A stretch of 50,366 nt of DNA, taken from the NCBI GenBank assembly GCA_902766975.1, contig CACXFH010000099.1:1-50366 (forward strand), written 5' to 3'. Below the pieces are notes generated by a model that was not told the DNA's origin, did not search any database, and saw only the letters and a program-made list of their open reading frames with translations. This document shows, in pieces, positions 45,468 to 50,366 of the stretch. Position 1 is the first letter of the stretch. Every line of letters starts with the position of its first letter. Made by a program: the position numbers and the translations under genes. Source of the stretch: an uncultured bacterium (lineage in GTDB: Bacteria > Cyanobacteriota > Vampirovibrionia > Gastranaerophilales > Gastranaerophilaceae).

Positions 45468-48400
45468 TTACAGATAAATTTTAAGTATCACCGTTGTACT
45501 TTCGTCATTTCCCAGACTACTAGGGGCTTTCAACACTTTCAATGTTTGGTTAACAGATTGTAACACTATGTTGTCTACTTGCGATGAGCCGCTTGATAAA
45601 AGGATTTTTGTATTTTTTAGTCCGCCGCTTTGGTCAAAAGTAATACTTAACCGAATTTGGTCGGAATACGCATAGTCTGTTGCAAGTAGTAAATCACTGG
45701 ATAGACCTGCTTTCAGGCTTTTACCTGCAGATTGGAAGTATTGTTTGAAGTTGTTGTCAAGAGAAATATAATCAGGAACTTCCCAACTTAATTTTCTTAC
45801 TGACATGAATGCAGTGTCAGGTATTTGCTTTAAATTATCCTTATTTGGTTGAACTGCCGGTTCTTGTTGCAGTTTATTTCTTCTCATTTCAAAATCTTGA
45901 TTGGAATTGTTCATTGCTATATTGCTGTTATTATTTATATTCATCTCAGGAACATTCCCGCCCATGTTATTTTGAATATCCATATTCCCTGCAATATCAT
46001 TATTTGTATTTTGTTGCGGGCTCATAAATTTGGCAATTGAAAAAATTATCAGTCCTGCTAATATTATGAATACCGTCAACCCTCCTGCCAGTGCGACAAC
46101 AGGAACGGATTTCCCCTTCTCATTTATGATTCGAACATCATTATTAAGAGCCGAATTTTCGTTTAACACGTTTTCGTTGTTATATAGTTCTTCAAGATGC
46201 TGATTTTCGACCGAAAAATCAAGTTCGGAATCGTTTTTGTTTATATCAATTATAATTTCTCCGGGAGTTTGATTTTTGTCGCTTATGATTGTTGAGTTTT
46301 CTTTTACCGTATTGACAGGAGTAATTTCCGGAGAATTCAAATCGAAATCATCAATAGATGTATAATCTGCGTCGTTGTTTGTAAAATTAACTTCAACATT
46401 TGAAATGTTTTCATCCTGACTTTCGGTCAATTCTGAAAGATCAATTAATTCATAATCATTATTATCCTCTGCAGGAATTTCAGCTGCTTCGGTAGGAATT
46501 TGGTCAAAATCCAACGTATTTTCAAATGGTTTTGCTTCTGTCTGATAGTCAGGTAATACAAATGTCGAATCCTCCATATCAATATTTATCGGATCAAGAG
46601 TTTTCAAATCTCCATTTTCAAATATTTGATTTTTATTGGATTCTTCTGATTCTTCGGGTTCTTCTGATTTTTCTATTTCATTCAATGAAATAAAATTATC
46701 ATTCTGTTCCGTTTCTGTCAGGTTGTTTATATTGTTAATATTGTCATTGTTTTCAAGTTCATCAAAATTAATTAATAGATTATCCTCTTGGTCAAGATTG
46801 ATAGTAAAATCTTCTTGAGTTTCATCATCTTCTTTTTTTGTTTCTTCATCTGAGATGAATTTTTCTTGTGTTGAATCGTCCGGCAATAAATCTTCACTAT
46901 CACTTTTGCTTACTTTTTCATCCGTAACGTTATCATCCTCTCGCTTAGACTCCTGTTCGGTAACTAAGGTTTCAGTAGTATTATTATTTTCTTCTTCAAA
47001 TTTATCAGAAATTGATTCGTCAAATATATCGTCAAAATCGCTATCAAAGTCTATTTGTATATCATCGTCAGTTTCGGTATCTGCCTTGTCAATTATTTGA
47101 TTACTTTCGTTAATGGAATCTTCTTCTATTTCTTCATTGGCATTTGTTTCTATCAATTCAGAATCTTGTAAGGTATCGTTTTGTTCTTCTTCGTTGAAAT
47201 CTATAAAATCTTCTGAAGCTTGCAATTCCATGTCTTCTTCAAAATCTTTAAATGTTGTATCTTTATCTTCATTTATGTCCGTTTCGAATTCCAAATTATC
47301 ATCAAATTCATCATTATCTTTTTCGGGTTCAGGTTCTGCTGAAATTTGGGTTTCTTCGTTTATATCGATATCGTACAGGTCAGATTCTAAATCTTGATTT
47401 TCGGTTTGTTCAATTTCTGACCGGTTATCTTCAAAATTTATGTCTATATCTTCATTGATATCTTCATTTAAATTCGGAAAATCTTGTTCTTCCAAGTTAT
47501 CTGTTATGTTTAGATTAATATCGTCTTTGATTAAATTGTCATGGTTGATGTTATTGTCTGAAATATCGTTATTTATGTCTGTATTATTATCATCGTTATT
47601 TAAATCTTTGTTCGCAATTGCTTCCCCCGCAAGAGCCGCAAGTTCTATTGCTTCACCCGTTGCAGCGCTTTGAACAATATTTTGTGCGCCTGCTGCCACC
47701 TCAAGACCTGCGGCAGCTGTTGCGCCTGCAATTTTAACAGCATCTGCGATATTATCAACCTCTTTATTATTTTCTGTATCTTTGAGGTTGTAGGTTTGTT
47801 CGTTGGTGACATTGTCTTCAAGCATATCATCGCCGTTATAATCTTCAAGTTTTTCATTATCATCATCATTCTTATCTGTATTATTATCTTCTTCTGATGA
47901 TTCATCCATATCTATGAAATCATCAAAATCTACGACTGTATTTTGCACGGTATTTTGTTCTTTTTTATTTATACGCAGTGCAATTGCTACATTTGATGCT
48001 AATGTTTCAAAATTATCATATTCTAAAACCGAAGCTCTCAGTATTTTACTCTTTACAAGTAATTGCATAAAATCTTTAAATTCGGCATCGCTGATATCAT
48101 GATCTGCAACTTTTATTGATAATTCTCTCCCTTTGAGTATTTCTTCCTGTGAAATACTTTTTTCGGTAGCACCGTTATAGTTATTTATATAGTCCAACAT
48201 ATCAAATGGGGATTTAAACATCTCTGCATCAACAAAGTAATATTCATCATTTGCATTGTGCAATTGTACTTTTGAAGGCTCAAAAAATCCGATTAGATTA
48301 ATCTTTTCAAAATTATTATCATATTTTAAAACTGCATAGATGTCAGGAACAATAGATAGTTCAAAGTGAGATTTTGGGATGAATACCCCTGATTTATCGA

Positions 48401-48665
48401 ATGCAACTCGTACATCTATGTGTATGTTGTCCAGTATAATATCAGATATATCAATTTTTTCAACAATACGTTTTATGGAATGGATATTTGCTAAATTTGA
48501 AATATCTCTGCCTAAATTTCCTAAATAGTTTATTACGCTTTCAGCCGCAATCGCATCAAAGAATATGCGATTTTGCAATTTTTTATTAATAAAATTTGCG
48601 GCCATAAATTGTGCCTCAGCAATGTTATCTTTAGTTATTTCCAATAATTCTACATCAAAACTCAT
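45468..48665 (-). CDS. Giant hyper-acidic single-pass membrane protein with a TonB-C-like C-terminal domain
   Basis: I place the start at MSFDVELLEI (ATG 48663-48665), with GAGGGGAG 10 nt upstream. The track ORF extends 36 codons further to 48773. The protein has a ~230-aa globular N-domain and a ~640-aa D/E/N-rich low-complexity region. A single TM (VPVVALAGGLTVFIILAGLIIFSIA, ~46024-46105) follows, then an N/Q/M-rich spacer. The tail is IRLSITFDQSGGLKNTKILLSSGSSQVDNIVLQSV. Confidence 0.65.
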   Translation of the reverse strand: MSFDVELLEITKDNIAEAQFMAANFINKKLQNRIFFDAIAAESVINYLGNLGRDISNLANIHSIKRIVEKIDISDIILDNIHIDVRVAFDKSGVFIPKSHFELSIVPDIYAVLKYDNNFEKINLIGFFEPSKVQLHNANDEYYFVDAEMFKSPFDMLDYINNYNGATEKSISQEEILKGRELSIKVADHDISDAEFKDFMQLLVKSKILRASVLEYDNFETLASNVAIALRINKKEQNTVQNTVVDFDDFIDMDESSEEDNNTDKNDDDNEKLEDYNGDDMLEDNVTNEQTYNLKDTENNKEVDNIADAVKIAGATAAAGLEVAAGAQNIVQSAATGEAIELAALAGEAIANKDLNNDDNNTDINNDISDNNINHDNLIKDDINLNITDNLEEQDFPNLNEDINEDIDINFEDNRSEIEQTENQDLESDLYDIDINEETQISAEPEPEKDNDEFDDNLEFETDINEDKDTTFKDFEEDMELQASEDFIDFNEEEQNDTLQDSELIETNANEEIEEDSINESNQIIDKADTETDDDIQIDFDSDFDDIFDESISDKFEEENNNTTETLVTEQESKREDDNVTDEKVSKSDSEDLLPDDSTQEKFISDEETKKEDDETQEDFTINLDQEDNLLINFDELENNDNINNINNLTETEQNDNFISLNEIEKSEEPEESEESNKNQIFENGDLKTLDPINIDMEDSTFVLPDYQTEAKPFENTLDFDQIPTEAAEIPAEDNNDYELIDLSELTESQDENISNVEVNFTNNDADYTSIDDFDLNSPEITPVNTVKENSTIISDKNQTPGEIIIDINKNDSELDFSVENQHLEELYNNENVLNENSALNNDVRIINEKGKSVPVVALAGGLTVFIILAGLIIFSIAKFMSPQQNTNNDIAGNMDIQNNMGGNVPEMNINNNSNIAMNNSNQDFEMRRNKLQQEPAVQPNKDNLKQIPDTAFMSVRKLSWEVPDYISLDNNFKQYFQSAGKSLKAGLSSDLLLATDYAYSDQIRLSITFDQSGGLKNTKILLSSGSSQVDNIVLQSVNQTLKVLKAPSSLGNDESTTVILKIYL

Positions 48666-48743
48666 GATTATAATCTCCCCTCTATTTATTAAGAGAACGC
48701 CTTTTATAAAAATATTCCAAAATTTATGTAAATTTTTGTAACA

Positions 48744-48773
48744 ATAATAGTAAAACTTGATTTTTTTTGTCAA
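48744..48773 (-). promoter_or_regulatory. Sigma-70-type promoter for the 48665->40864 gene string
   Basis: On the minus strand, TTGACA (48768-48773) is followed by an 18-nt spacer and TATTAT (48744-48749), about 80 nt upstream of the preferred start. Confidence 0.5.
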
Positions 48774-48834
48774 AATTAGTCTGGTGGTTGTTTTTACTAT
48801 TATGTGAAGTAAATGTGTTTAAGGAGGTTTTCCT

Positions 48835-49260
48835 ATGTCATTAATGGTTAATCCTGTTTCAAATGTAAGTTTTAGTGCTCAAGACGCGGTAGCAGAGCAT
48901 AAATTAACTCCGGAAGAAATTTTGAGCAGACCGGGTGCTTTTGCTAAACCAGAACCGCAGGTTGCAAATAAACCGCCTAAAAAACATAAAGCTCTAAAAA
49001 CTTTCCTGGGGATACTTGTTGGGGCTGCTGTTGTGGCCGGAACTTTGGTTGCTTTAAAACATTCTTTCAAAGATACGTTTAAAATTGTAGAAAATATTAA
49101 AGATCTTAATTTACAAGGTCCTAAAAAATATAAAACTTATTTGACATCAGGGATTGCTAAAGGCGCTGAGTATGTGGAGGCTGGTGCAGGTTGGCTGACA
49201 AAACAATGCACTGATATGTATGATAAACTTCTGAAATCTTTAAAAATCAGAAAGGCATAA
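48835..49260 (+). CDS. Small single-pass membrane protein, function unknown
   Basis: 141-aa ORF with AAGGAGG 7 nt before the ATG. It has one TM (FLGILVGAAVVAGTLVAL) and is followed by a terminator. Confidence 0.55.
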   Translation: MSLMVNPVSNVSFSAQDAVAEHKLTPEEILSRPGAFAKPEPQVANKPPKKHKALKTFLGILVGAAVVAGTLVALKHSFKDTFKIVENIKDLNLQGPKKYKTYLTSGIAKGAEYVEAGAGWLTKQCTDMYDKLLKSLKIRKA

Positions 49261-49267
49261 ATAAATG

Positions 49268-49298
49268 AAAGAAACTCTTTATGAGTTTCTTTTTTTTA
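49268..49298 (+). terminator. Rho-independent terminator
   Basis: aaagaaactc / gagtttcttt forms the stem with loop tttat, followed by a T-run. Confidence 0.8.
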
Positions 49299-49301
49299 CT
49301 G

Positions 49302-49331
49302 TTGGTAAATTCCATTATCCGATGATATAAT
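49302..49331 (+). promoter_or_regulatory. Candidate promoter of the tail-fibre-like gene
   Basis: TTGGTA (49302-49307) is followed by an 18-nt spacer and an extended -10 TGATATAAT (49323-49331). Confidence 0.45.
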
Positions 49332-49388
49332 ATAATTAGTACTTTATTTCATTTAATTGAACTTGTGAAGTCTGAAAGAAAGGACTTT

Positions 49389-50366
49389 ATGAGTTATACG
49401 ATACCCTATACATTTGTCCCCGGGACAAAGGCACGAGCCCAGGAGGTTAATGCCAATTTTTCATCAATAATTGATTCTTTTGATGATTTAGACAGTAAAA
49501 AAGTTAATTTAGATTTGTCAAATATTTCTGAACAAGGTATTGATGTCATTAAAAATAGTGCTATCGCAAGGAATATAGGCGAAATTGTCTATAGCCCGTT
49601 GCCGCTTACTGATTCCGGCATCCATTTGTTGGATGGAGCACTTATTAATAACGATGGTATATATGTAGAATTTATAAAATACATTCGAAATTTGTATACA
49701 CAAAATTCGAGTGCAGATTATTTTTGTACCGAAGCGCAATGGCAAAGTTCTGTTACTCAATACGGAGTATGCGGTAAGTTTGTATATAACAGTACAAATA
49801 ATACAGTAAGATTACCCAAAATAGGGAATCAATTATATAGTACCAAAACAAGTTTTACTACGGCACCTGTTTCTGTACGTGGTAATGGTATGACATTAGG
49901 TGTCCAAGGCTCTTGGGGGTATGGCGGACTTGCTCAACTTGGTAACGACAGCGCATTAACTCCATACCAAGGTAATTATGGAAATCCTTTGGGGCAAAAT
50001 CGCTCAGGTACTCATTATGCTTCTACAAATTCCGTCGGTTTAACTACTGATGCATCTAAATCCGGTATCGTAGGTACCGCAGATTTATCAGGTGTTAAGA
50101 TTGTTTCTACGGACGTATTTTACTACATCGTCGTAGCAACATCTGCAAAAACTGATATTCAAGTCGATATTGATAACATTGCAGCTGATTTGAATGGGAA
50201 AGCAGATACAGACTTAACCAACGTAACTAATAGCGCAAAAGTTATGATGTCAGGAATGGGAATGCCGTCAAGTAAATACATCAACTTGACTCTTGGTTCA
50301 AGTGGTTCAACTTATACCGCTCCTGCGAATGGGTACTACAATATTGCCAGAACAGTATCTAGTCAA
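49389..50366 (+). CDS. Phage tail-fibre-like protein (5' part; ORF open to the window end)
   Basis: This ORF is not in the ORF track because no stop is reached. I translated it by hand from the ATG at 49389, which has an AAGAAAGGA SD: MSYTIPYTFVPGTKARAQEVNANFSSIIDSFDDLDSKKVNLDLSNIS... The N-terminal Y..PYTF..GT.A.A.EVNANF motif is one I associate with phage or prophage tail-fibre proteins. A later Gly/Ser/Thr-rich region follows. 326 codons are open. Confidence 0.55.
   Translation, partial: MSYTIPYTFVPGTKARAQEVNANFSSIIDSFDDLDSKKVNLDLSNISEQGIDVIKNSAIARNIGEIVYSPLPLTDSGIHLLDGALINNDGIYVEFIKYIRNLYTQNSSADYFCTEAQWQSSVTQYGVCGKFVYNSTNNTVRLPKIGNQLYSTKTSFTTAPVSVRGNGMTLGVQGSWGYGGLAQLGNDSALTPYQGNYGNPLGQNRSGTHYASTNSVGLTTDASKSGIVGTADLSGVKIVSTDVFYYIVVATSAKTDIQVDIDNIAADLNGKADTDLTNVTNSAKVMMSGMGMPSSKYINLTLGSSGSTYTAPANGYYNIARTVSSQ

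Noticed and set aside
46636-48102. A series of 60-94-aa plus-strand ORFs antisense to the acidic protein gene.
   Set aside because: These Ser/Leu/Phe-rich translations are the complement of GAT/GAA/AAT-rich codons. There is no evidence they are genes.
48666-48773. A 36-codon N-terminal extension of the giant ORF (MTKKIKFYYYCYKN...).
   Set aside because: The extension overlaps the predicted promoter, has no SD, and is rich in rare-looking residues. The internal ATG at 48665 has a GAGGGGAG SD.

Overview
This is an AT-rich, tightly packed bacterial chromosomal segment with most genes on the minus strand. The gene content suggests a diderm organism: TPS-type exoproteins, a GT9-like glycosyltransferase and a TonB-C-like domain. 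A Melainabacteria-like or similar gut lineage is only a guess.

Housekeeping genes recognisable from the translations:
- Translation and RNA: aspS, argS, cca, rsmE, rimO, an RqcH/NFACT protein
- Cell division: ftsE and ftsX
- Cell wall and lipid: alr, two tandem PlsC-family acyltransferases, a Wzx-like flippase
- Metabolism and other: an LplA-family lipoyl ligase, an Lpd-like flavoprotein, a transketolase C-terminal subunit, a U32 peptidase-family protein, a divergent phosphohexomutase

Accessory content:
1. Three tandem giant filamentous-haemagglutinin-like (TpsA-type) beta-helix genes lie at 10.1-21.3 kb, with no TpsB partner in the window. Two of them carry a (TPEP)n-type Pro/Thr/Glu spacer and end in a canonical-looking PilZ (c-di-GMP receptor) domain. 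This is my top candidate for something undescribed.
2. An apparent operon at 41.9-48.7 kb encodes a ~1065-aa hyper-acidic single-pass membrane protein with a TonB-C-like tail, a sigma-70-family protein with a long insert, and a triple-zinc-ribbon STAND-like P-loop NTPase with helical repeats.
3. A family of ~40-nt GC-rich palindromic mini-elements (CCCTCACC..CCCTCTCCCC-loop-GGGGCGAGG) has at least four copies. One is a 39-nt in-frame insertion inside rsmE, and three abut start codons.
4. A duplicated promoter-like block brackets an unclassified ~90-nt structured RNA next to a truncated tRNA at the left edge.
5. A phage-tail-fibre-like ORF runs off the right edge.

I saw no CRISPR array, rRNA, transposase or integrase. 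All homology calls come from reading motifs by eye, because no searches could be run.
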